DNA of 64,000 nucleotides from Haliotis rubra (taxonomy: Eukaryota), in contig NW_025765625.1 of the NCBI RefSeq assembly GCF_003918875.1, positions 1,674,001-1,738,000 on the forward strand, written 5' to 3'. Under the pieces are notes generated by a model. It made no database searches and had not been told where the DNA came from. It saw only the letters and a list, made by a program, of their open reading frames with translations. Positions 53,701 to 64,000 of this stretch are shown here, in pieces (the stretch's first letter is position 1; every line of letters begins with the position of its first letter). A program made the position numbers and the translations under genes.

Positions 53701-54800
53701 CTGGAAGCTATCATGGTATCTTTTAACTTTCCAAAGCCAAAGCTGTGATGAAATTACAATGTCAACGTGATGTTTTACTTGCTTCATTTGCACTGATGAA
53801 TCTTGTCTGTGCTTTCAAAATGAAAAAATAACTCGCTAACTTATACACAAATCACAATTCACTATATTAATTTACAATGACAAAACCATTATTTAATGTC
53901 AAATCTTTTCAATAAGTTTGCATTTTGCATTTCATTCTCAGTTGCTGGTTTTGTTTTGGAACAATTATCACACCGTCTTTGTTGTCTGTTGCAGGCTTAA
54001 GTATGTAAAATAGTCAGAGCAACCACGTTGGCTATGTCACGGTAACATTATGAATATATCTGCTGTCAATGGCGGACATGAACCATTTGTCACATGCAGT
54101 TTTCAGACAACCTTTTCTTTGTCATATCATGGACAAAGAAAACTTAAGGTTTGAACTACATCCCTAACTTTGAAAAACAAACTAGATTAAATGATACGTG
54201 AAATGACCATGGAAAATTTTGATCTCAAACGTCAACAACAGAGGAACTTCAGTCCCAACTATCTGCATCTAACCTATTGCACTGGGACTGAACGGAACAA
54301 ACAGTCTGAGACGCCGCAATTCGCAAAGTTGCGTTAGTCGCGTAAGGATCTAGTGATCGTAAAACTGCTCCGTCATTTGATCCGTATTAATAGATTATTC
54401 AAAGCAATAGACCTTGAACCTTCATCAACTTGGATTTCTTCCAACTTTCGAAATAACATATTTTGTATGTTTTAAATAACCTTCATGGTTCCCCTTTGTC
54501 AACAGTTTATTTCAGAATGTATCGCTGTCTGTCGGCTGGTAAAGAATACAACACCATCTGTACAGTGCATTCAGGTGTATTTTCACTTGTAGTACCCGAC
54601 GTGAGTGCAATGCAGGATGTGAGACGATTACGTACATTGTTTTCCCTTGTCTCGACTCGATGCAGAAAAAGCTGTTGTTGGAATCGCGCAGCAAGGACGA
54701 AAGGAGTCGGCACAGTTTCTGCCGCCTCTAACCAATTGCTCATTCAGCGCCACTTGCTCTGAACGTCTCCACAGAAGTAACAAGCAATCCATTATCACCT
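50760..54800 (-). pseudogene. Tandem array of 3 decayed paralogous gene relics (S/T family)
   Basis: Shared translated motifs at ~50800-51100, ~51770-52480 and ~54040-54800. Confidence 0.55.
53257..53420 (-). mobile_element. tRNA-derived SINE family A
   Basis: Consensus match. Confidence 0.85.
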
Positions 54801-56794
54801 TGTAAGATGTTTGAATTTCCTTAGACTTTTTGAAAACAAGAACTATTTCTTAAAACTACAATTGAAACTTGAACAGTTATACTATATATGGATTTAGAGC
54901 ACTAGGGGTTAAAGCACCTTTGAATGAACGGTGCAAAATACGATTAAATACCACATTATTACACAGATGTTGTTGTATGGGGTGGGGTTGGGTGTTAATT
55001 TCTAACATAAACCGGTGGGTGGGTTGAAGAATATTGAAAGTTGGCGCCGGTTATGAGCCAACGTGATGCTTCCATCAAGTCTGCATGTATCAGAGAAGGG
55101 AGTTCAACATAAGACATGTATTGCAATTAAGTGGGTAGTCTGTGTGGATTTGGAATTGGCTCCAATGCCATTTATGAAGAGCCTTTGACATGACTTATCG
55201 CTGTGTTAATAGCATCATAGACAGACACAGACACTCATTACCCCCATGCTGACTTCTGATATATTGATACCAGTAAGTAATATAATTCCGATGGCGCGCT
55301 TAAACGGCAAAAGGCCATTATAATTATCACCACCGATTCGTATCAGCTCGTAATCCCGTTAAGGTTATCTCAACATACATCATTTTGTGAACCTGAATTA
55401 CCCTCAGTGCCCGGTGGTTGTACACCAAGAGGAAATACATGATGCGAGTCAGTCACATAACCAAACATGTTCTCACAGCATTACACTAAATATTACACCC
55501 CTGCAACCGACAAAACGTTCCCGCTATTTTCAAACTGACTTAACTAACAGGGTGAAGAGGTGTAAGTTTCCTCACTACATGTAACATACTGTTAGGAATG
55601 AATCCATGTTAACGCCGTGTAGTTCAATTATAGAAAGGTTTTGTATCATGGTATGTTCGATTTTCAACTGAAAATATAAAAGTACGAAAAAGTACGAAAT
55701 AGGGAAGTAATGACATTTATTCGGCAATCAAAGAATATTTCTGAATCGCTTTATTCTTTGAAATTTAATTTGATTGAATTCACTTCAAGGATGCCTTAGA
55801 CATCTAACTTTCAAATCGATGAATTTGCGTTTTTCAACATTTCAAAGATGACAGCGTTCATGTCATTGCATATTCATTGCTTACTCAACTCTTCGCTGAA
55901 AACAATGGTTACACAAAAACACAGAGCCACAGATTACAATTTTAATAAGTTTTTCGCAGGGATGATTGACAGACTGAAACGTATCAACAGTTCTTCAAAT
56001 TTCAAAGGACGTAGAAAAAAACATTTTCATATCCTATCTATGGCACAACGGCTATGGGTCATTGAGTTTTCCAGTGTATGACGACGATATAAACCTTTAC
56101 TGGAATGAATCCTCGCTTCTTCAAATTCCTTAGGGCATCAGAAGAAAAAACTTCATATGCTCTCTTAAGCACAACGGTTATATGTCATCGAAGTTTCCAT
56201 TGTGTGACAACTATGTGAACCTTAATGGAATAAAACATGACCGCCCTTGCAAAATCAAGTACAAATTCACAAAATGAAACAGAAGGACTAAGCACAGTGT
56301 CCCTGACAGAGTTGCATCTACAACATCCCAAAGGCTTTGATCATGAGTTAGAATCCCGGCTCGTCCTAACTAAGACCTGTATCATTTGAAGCTTTCCTCA
56401 CACATCAGACGGGCCCACTTTGATATGATTACTATACTGTTGAAGCGGCGTTTAGCCAAACTCACTCACTCCCAAGATGGAGATTGGAGGCATATTCACC
56501 ACACACTTCCTTTCGTCCTTTTGACCAACAGCAACTTTTACATCAAATTGTTTCCAAAAATACGTGTAGCTATTGATATTATACAGGAGTAAAGGGAGGC
56601 TGAATAATGCAGATGCTTTCATCAAGTTGTTGAATATAGACAAGGTGATATAGATAACTGCCAGCCAGATATTACATTTTGCAAATCAGAGACTCTCTTC
56701 AGAACATTATGATATGGATTTTACAAAAGAAATTAGCAATATATTCTTCTGTCATTATAAAGGTCAATGAGGTTTAATTCACGAAGAAATTATG

Positions 56795-56944
56795 AGTGAG
56801 TGAGTTTGGTTTTACGCCACTTTTAGCAATATTCCAGCAATATCACGGCGGGGGACACCAGAAATGGGCTTCACACATTGTACCCATGTGGGGAATCAAA
56901 CCCGGGTCTTCGGCGTGACGAGCGGACGCTTTAACCACTAGGCT
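56795..56944 (-). mobile_element. tRNA-derived SINE family A with TSD AAGAAATTATGA
   Basis: Near-consensus copy, slightly 5'-truncated. Confidence 0.92.
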
Positions 56945-57154
56945 AAGAAATTATGATATGAAGTTGGCGGATTGCTGCATATGAATTGAGGACAAGATCT
57001 GGAAAAACAAATCATGCAACAACGACAACCAGTATTCATTTTAAAACATCAATCATAGTGTAACATTTCAGTTTTAATGATATCGACACGATCCGAAACG
57101 CGGTGAACTATTAGTTTCAGCGCTGACCGAGAAATGTCATTGAAAAGTGTGCTC

Positions 57155-57258
57155 TAACCGAGATAGTTTTATCTTCTTCCAACGTCTCTCCATGAAAGAT
57201 TATGATTAACCGAGATAGTTTTATCTTCTTCCAACGTCTCTCCATGAAAGATTATGAT
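57155..57258. repeat. Tandem duplication, 2 x 52 bp
   Basis: TAACCGAGATAGTTTTATCTTCTTCCAACGTCTCTCCATGAAAGATTATGAT twice. Confidence 0.9.
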
Positions 57259-59119
57259 GAAAGGTGCCGGTTTTCAAAGTACTGCAGGGCTCGTTACACC
57301 ACTGCTTTCTTGTTTGCTGGAAGACAGATAGCATTTTCATTTAGACTAGAAAAAAATGTAAATATGTATGGCTCGCGATCCAAATCATCAATTTCTCGTT
57401 TCAACCTGCTGATAGAATGTTTCTGTACCCTAGGTTACATCCCTTTAATGCAGCTATCAATTAGGAGATGTTCGTTACAACGTAGATGACGTTAAACCGT
57501 TGCCATTCAATTCTTTAAAGTTTGAAAAACGCATCTGAAGACAGCCTTCTTTGATGTCAGGCACAACTTATGAATGTTTCTGAAATTTTCATTGCCATTT
57601 AATATTTGACTAAATAAATGACGCAAAATGCTTCAGTGGATGATACAAATGCAATCTCATCTTGAGTGAAGGTTTTCTCAAATCATCAAAGCTGAACTGA
57701 GCAAAAGCGAAATGGTCATTTGTCATTATGTTGCCAAATGTTTAAATAACAGTCAAAACAGCAGGGTATGAACTAGTATTGAACCCTGTGGCATAGTCTC
57801 ACAGATACATTATAACTGGTCTAGACGAGGTGTACACATTTACACTGACGCACAGCGTAAACTTATCAGTGCCCATATTGTTGTAGGGGATTTGGAGACA
57901 GCGAGGAAATTCACAGCTTGCAGTTTTATCAAAAAATCAGATTTAGCTTTGGTGTGATGTAGTGGACCTTTAAACAAGACATACATTGTTTGCTACAGTC
58001 TTATAGTCAGCACTAAAACATCGTATTGGTGTCTTTTCACAGCAGATCATAGTGTTGGGATAGAGCGTCTCGGAAGGTCAGTGATGCGACCCCTGGCTGC
58101 GTCGTAACAAAATAGCTAAAATATTGGTCTGGCATGCTAAAATGTATGTATAGGAGTGTGCGTGTGTTGAGCACCCTTTTAAAACTGCAACGTGGAATAG
58201 CATTGGGCTACTACCATTACACCGTAGAGTCTGTGTAGGCATCGACATGTGTGAGTCGCTTTTTGGTTGAATTAATCAAAAATGCAACAAGACATGTCAT
58301 TTCTCCTCACCATCAACTCAGTAACAAGTGTTCGACAGTTGAAGAGAGAATAATTGCATTATTAATCTTAGGTCAATCTTAACTGAAATGTGTGCTTCAT
58401 TTTGATCAATTTGTTAAGTGTTGTTAAATACGACTGGATCACGAAAAACTTGGGATCAATATTATTTGTATCAAAACAACTTCACTTTTATTGTGTTTTT
58501 CAACACTTCTGCTAGCAATACGGATATTTTATTTTTGCGAATGATGATAAATTGACGTCGGAAACTCGAACCACAACACCAGCAAAACAGAACAAAAACT
58601 TGTTTTTCACCAAACTTTAAACCTGTTGTTGGTTTGAACATGTACATTTCCAACAAATACCATTTCTTGCTAAACAGGAAGCCACAGAAGGATACGAAGT
58701 TAATGCTGAAGTAATCTGTAAAAAACATTTTCTTCATGTCCGTTATAAAAACTCTTGCAATTGGACTGAATATGTCTAGCACAGCCACTTGAGTGTTGAA
58801 GGAGCGTTGAATGTTATTTAAGTATTGGCGTTACACATCATCACAAGCTTATATTCAGCTGATTATAGATGACATAGGATTGAGGTACTTGAGAACCATG
58901 CGACAAAGACTGTTCTGGATATAAAGTATCAAAGTTCTTATTTTCAGCCACGAATGTTTTATATCAATCATTAACGTCCAGCCGGCACAGTTCCCTCAAG
59001 TGAAATATTGATCCTGAGTTTGTTTCAAACAGGTTTAAATACAGAATAAAACACAAATGTTGTTATGTGTCATGCTAAGTTTTTCTTGAGGTTAACATTG
59101 TTTCACGTCATCTCAGAAA

Positions 59120-59250
59120 AGGGGCGGTGGGGTAGTAGCTAAAGCGTTCGCTTGTCACACCGAAGATCCGAGTTTGATTCCTCACATGGGTACAGCGTGT
59201 GAATGCCATTTCTGGTGTCCCCTGTCAAGATATTGCTGGAATATTGCTTA
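59120..59250 (+). mobile_element. tRNA-derived SINE family A
   Basis: Consensus match. Confidence 0.8.
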
Positions 59251-60604
59251 AACAGAATTGTCAACAGAATGAATCTTGCTGTAAGCCTTGTTCAATAAGT
59301 GTGCTAAACGCCCTAAATTTCTCTGCCCGACCCTACAAAATGTACATAAACTGGTTTATACGGACACGTATTACAGCCTTTGGTGAATGGTCCTTCGTTT
59401 GAAACTTATGATTTATTTATTTCAATGTTCCAAAGTAATGTTACTCACCAACCAGTTCATTCCCTAACGTTCTAACCCAGACAACTGTTAGTCTCCTTCA
59501 GTCTTTAAATACACTGCATCGTTTGGGGAGCACACTTTCAAAAAAATCATTTTCAAAATCCATTTAAGTGTCTTTATCACCTTGTTTGGTCGATTCCATA
59601 CATTTTTTCAGAAAAGCCGAGCTTGAATGCCATTGATTTACTATTGAAGAACTTGTAGTTACAGATGTGAATTATGATGGCTTGTTTCACTGGGGAAATC
59701 AGGACCTTTCCTGTCAGGCATCTGAACGTCTTTGAAGTCAGGTTCGTAGCTAATTGGGATTTTCAATTTTTAGAAAAAAATAAGAAGGATTTAATGGAAA
59801 TTAGTTTTTATTGTAGCCAGAATCCATAGGCATATGTTTGGAAAAGTGCAACGGCGGTTACCATGGGAACTTCTGGTTGTAATGTGTCACGTGACGAAGC
59901 TGTGATTTTTCGACTGGTGATGACGAGTTTGAAAATGCAGATTACTTGGTAGAGCTTGAATGTTTAGGGGATTGTTTAAAACAACTGCTTAAGCCTTGTT
60001 TAAACACGTGTTGGACGACTGCCATTGTTGGCCAGGAATGCCCGTGACGTCAGAAATGACACTACGAAAATATTATTTGGAAAGGTTACGGACACCCGTG
60101 CCTAAAATGTGCCAGATTTCATATCGGATTGCATGGTTTCATATTTTCATTACTATTACCTATACGGCATTGGTCTCACGATTCGTCATTGTGTATTTTG
60201 TCGTGGATACGCTATATTTCGGTTGAACCGGGATAGTCATAGGTCATAGAGTTTTAGGTGAGCGCTTTAAACCACTATGCCACCAGCGCTCACCAAACAT
60301 CAGCTGTAATCCTATGATGAATACAATCCACTGAATTAATTATTTCCCTCATGTGCTGCTATGGTGACTCGCTTTCACTATTGGAAGTTATGTAGAATCT
60401 GTTTCCGTATCGGAAATATATATTAAGAATACAAATTGTGTTTCAGATTGGTTTATCACATCGATATCCATTATCTAATATCTACCAATGTCAAAACCTC
60501 AACTGGAAATCGAGCACAGGTTCAGGACGAGTTGATCTTAAATTGTCTATTTGTTGCTTTGGTACAATTCATTGTCAGCAAATAGTGTGGTACAACACGT
60601 AATA

Positions 60605-60775
60605 GTGAGTGAGTGAGTGAGTATGGATTTCGCTGCTTTTAGCAGTATTCCAGCAATATCACGGCGGAGGATTTCAGGAATGGACTTCACACATTGTACC
60701 CATGTGAGGAATCGAACCCGGGTCTTCAGCGTGTTACGAGTGGATGCTTTAACCGTCAGGCCACCCCACCGCCCC
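60605..60775 (-). mobile_element. tRNA-derived SINE family A with TSD ACAACACGTAATA
   Basis: Consensus match and flanking direct repeat. Confidence 0.88.
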
Positions 60776-62779
60776 ACAACACGTAATAACCCCGTTGGGT
60801 ATTTGGCTAGAATTTAACCCCAGCAAACCAGAGGGAACTTCACGGGTCAGGTACACAGGCTGGGTTGATGAAGTGATTAATTTGTCAAGAATCGATTCTA
60901 TACAAGCAGCCCAAAGTTCACTCTGCATAAATGGATCCTGGTTTTCAGATGGTAATTTGTGGGAAGTTGCTGATAATTGGATTGTATCACTGGATTGCCT
61001 GATCCAGATTCGTCTTGTAAACGCTAAATTCAACACCTGACATTAACGTGCAATGCGACTAGCAGCATAATTGATTATGAATGTTTTATCTCCAGGTACA
61101 AATCCAGCAAATGCCTAAGAGCAATTATTATAAATAATCCTTAAATCTTCTTCAGCTCAAAATATAGAAATAATAATAATAAAACATTAATTATAAGAAC
61201 GTCTTATACAGTTCAATGCCCGTAGTGCCCATGAGGAAACCAAGAAATCGCCGTAATCCATTCATATGTAATCACATGTTCGTGTGATCCAGTTTCAAGT
61301 TGCGCTGGATTTACTTTTAGTCACATTGATCTCATGATGTCAGATTTCCTTTGATCTCACCTGCCACCAATTGTTAATTTATAGTTTCAGAAAGGATTTG
61401 TAAATATCCTCAATAGTAATAATTTGTCTTAAGGTGTTTGGGGATAATTTATGTATGGCTGTGAATAAGACGCATGAAATATGAAGTATAATGAATTTAC
61501 TAACTTGAAAATAACGACATGTCATCTCGATAGCAAGTTGATTATGCAAATATGCCATCATCTGGAAAATTAATAATGTGCTAAGATATTGTTTCACTTG
61601 TGACAACGTTATGCATTAATGGTCTCATGTAAAGATTAACTAGGTCTGTGTGAGCATGTATCATGGGACAAATATGGAAGAACGATTAACAACAAAGTGT
61701 CACAAGAAAAGCGAGCACTGTAAGGCAAAGTCAAAGTAATGTAACCAGTTTATAGATTATCCCAATCCTTCCGGGATGTAATGTATCATTGATGTACTGC
61801 GCTTAGATTATTTGCCTTTTAATGTTGCCGAGCACCATCAGAATTGAATTACTTACTAACGTAACAATACACCCAAAGTCAATACCACGATAAAAGGGTT
61901 ACTGAGAGAGTACTGCAGAAGTGATGATAGGGAAATACCCATGTGGGGACATGATGGACTCTTTGTATGTCAGCTACGATTTTCCAGCACTTTATAAATG
62001 TCATTTGAAATGGGTTAGGCACTGAATTTGTAATCGTATTAGGATTACATCTCTGGTGATTCTGGGGCAAAATTCGTCTCCAATGTCGCATGCATGTGGT
62101 TATAACAGATTTAACGGGATCGGACGGTCAGACTCTGTGAATAACAGACTACATGTCTTCAGATCCTGATCAAGCAAATCTTTGTTCATGGCTTTATATA
62201 CACTTGGGTCTTTTCTCGAACACCTGGTGTCGGTATGAAGTTCATTTTAATTAAACAAATTTTCTTTGGGAAAATATTTTCAATGTTATCATTCAGGAAG
62301 AACACAAAACGAAAAGGCTCATTGTCACCTGCATGCGGTTTTATAAAGTTTTTTAGTTTTCAAAGCGAGGGGACAAACATATCGGTAGGGGATAACCTGA
62401 AATAACTGAAAATGACCAAAATTTACATACAAGTTGAAATAATATAAATCCCAAAGGATCTGGTTGACTTTCTCAGAAAAGAACCACGTTCACTTTTGTA
62501 AAAAGACATTTGCTGTTTCTATTTTGTACACCACTGTTTCTCCTGACAAATTTAAGTGAGATATATGGGGGAAAACGTCTAGAAATGTGCTAAATGGTCA
62601 AACAAATTATACGTTTAAATACTGAAAACGTCATATGTGATTATATTATCTGAAGAGCAGCAAGTAACTGCCCTAATCCCACAACCAGTGTGTATGTAAG
62701 TTGAAATCCAAGCCTCGGCCGAGACTGTGTGATTTTCATTTCTTTAATTTCCATTCAGTGTATTTTGTCACTTAACGTT

Positions 62780-63184
62780 GATACCAAAGATAAAGTTACA
62801 TATGGACGCATCTTCAAGACAAACTGGCGAAAGAGAACACAAAGGTCATGTAAGAAAATAATGTGTGAAATGCTGGACTTCGGCAAAAATGATAAATTTT
62901 TGACATTTTGGGATAAGGCATTGAGACAAAAAGTAGGTGTTCCTATGGGCTGCAAAAGTGCTTCCCTTTTTGCTTCTCTGTTTCACATAATATGGACAGG
63001 AATTTCTGATCGTACTGGTGAAGTATTACAAGGCATTGTGGCCAGGAGTTTTAAATTAGTCTCCATCAACATTGATAACCTTATATCTCCTGATCTATTT
63101 CACTTCTCTGTTCTCTCACAGATTCAGGGTGGTTGCAACATCTCCTCAAGAACACAGGAGCTTGTCAAGCAGAAAATAGCATAG
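62780..63184 (+). mobile_element. Degenerate Penelope-like element reverse transcriptase fragment
   Basis: MCEMLDF..FLTF...RQKVGVPMG.KSASLFASLF...ARSFKLVSINIDNLIS matches the PLE RT pattern Q..G.PMG...A.LF...RYIDD, with the catalytic site decayed. Confidence 0.75.
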
Positions 63185-64000
63185 AGTTACGTAAAGTGAC
63201 AACCGGGGTCACAGCACTATATTCAGCTCAGGGACATAATTCTATATTGACATCAGTGTGTGGAGATTTTTTTCAAGCCATGATGATTTTTATAATAATG
63301 GACGGATAATTACTGCAGAGCAGATGGCCTGCGAGTACTGGCGACGTTGAAGGAGCACGTAGTTGGCAACGTCTAAAAAGTAGCGCCGAACTCTGGTTTT
63401 AACTACGTGACTGTTTTTTATGACTGGGATGGAGACTTGTGGACATCTGACAACTGTCTTGTAAATGGGCTCACTACAAGCCGCTGACGTTCGTGACTAC
63501 TCGTGTCTTTCAGGCGAGGCCGAATGAGTTCTCCCTATGGTCATTTTATCAGCTTGGTTCCGTCTCTTAGTTGACGGAAAGGGGCGATTTCTGACGAATG
63601 GGTTGATTGGGCAATGGAATCTGGTTCAGTGAATGCTCATGGTTTGACGTCGCTTTTCCATCTACCATTATAGCGATGAATGCAATTGCACGGGTGGCAG
63701 GAATCCGAGTTTTTTGTGTGACGAACCAACAAATTAACCACATGGCTACCTAACATTTCCTCTTAAGGCTGAGATAAATGACCAACAACAAAACAAACTT
63801 GTAGTATAGTCCTCTCAAAATTTGAATAACTATATTTACATTCAGTGTACAGGAAAACAGATGTACATAAAAAGACCACCAATATTCTTACAAACAAGTA
63901 TTTGGTTCTGAAGTCTTCATGTAACAGAATGGTTTTCAAATAATATCAATTCGTCCTTTATGCAAGTTATAATTTACTGTTGAACCAGAAAAAACAAACG

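Larger units (their letters stand above)
55050..62230. pseudogene. Decayed unit copy 5: U (55050-55560), Y 3' (56590-57990, minus), Y 5' (59480-60030, minus), V (61080-62230, minus)
   Basis: TTAGTTTCAGCGCTGACCGAGAAAT (57111) matches 19777; TGAAGAACTTGTAGTTACAGATGTGAATTATG (59645) matches 21600; ORF 61879-62091(-) matches ORF 42725-42937(+). Confidence 0.65.

Noticed and set aside
54690-54800. BIR (IAP)-like pattern on the minus strand: IACYFCGDVQSKWR*MSNWLEAAETVPTPFV
   Set aside because: Lacks the Zn-binding His and final Cys and the N-terminal half of the domain; the stretch aligns better with the S/T paralogs (PVVIAAKF), so the resemblance is probably coincidental.
62650-62680. Hammerhead ribozyme near the Penelope relic (CTGAAGA GCAG...CTGC)
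   Set aside because: The required GAAA after stem II is absent and stems I and III are not evident.
239-63184. Most short ORFs in the supplied track as real genes
   Set aside because: They are 60-110 aa, often start at non-ATG codons, overlap SINEs or microsatellites or are antisense shadows of TE ORFs, and show no recognisable domains.

Overview
AT-rich eukaryotic (animal) genomic DNA with no intact host protein-coding gene, rRNA, true tRNA or CRISPR array that I can support. The interspersed repeats resemble those I associate with gastropod molluscs such as abalone (inference from SINE style only). Recognisable mobile DNA: many copies of three SINE/retroposon families, several with clear target-site duplications (TSDs); a 5'-truncated LINE with TSD (23788-25771); two copies of one Tc1 (DD34E) transposon in opposite orientation; a deleted Tc1 of a second family nested in a MITE; a Penelope-like RT relic; MITE hairpins; and mini/microsatellites. 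The notable signal lies between these repeats. Much of the apparently unique sequence is a mosaic of about 6 partial, direct and inverted copies of one large, decayed, intron-less, gene-dense unit. Its stop-riddled frames can be partly reconstructed by comparing copies: an N-glycosylation-site-rich large protein, a Cys-rich protein and a paralogous family with 4 members. This looks like a fossil endogenous DNA-virus-like or giant-element locus amplified by local segmental duplication. I could not identify a hallmark gene, so that origin is a hypothesis. Boundaries of the decayed segments are approximate and identities are by-eye estimates.
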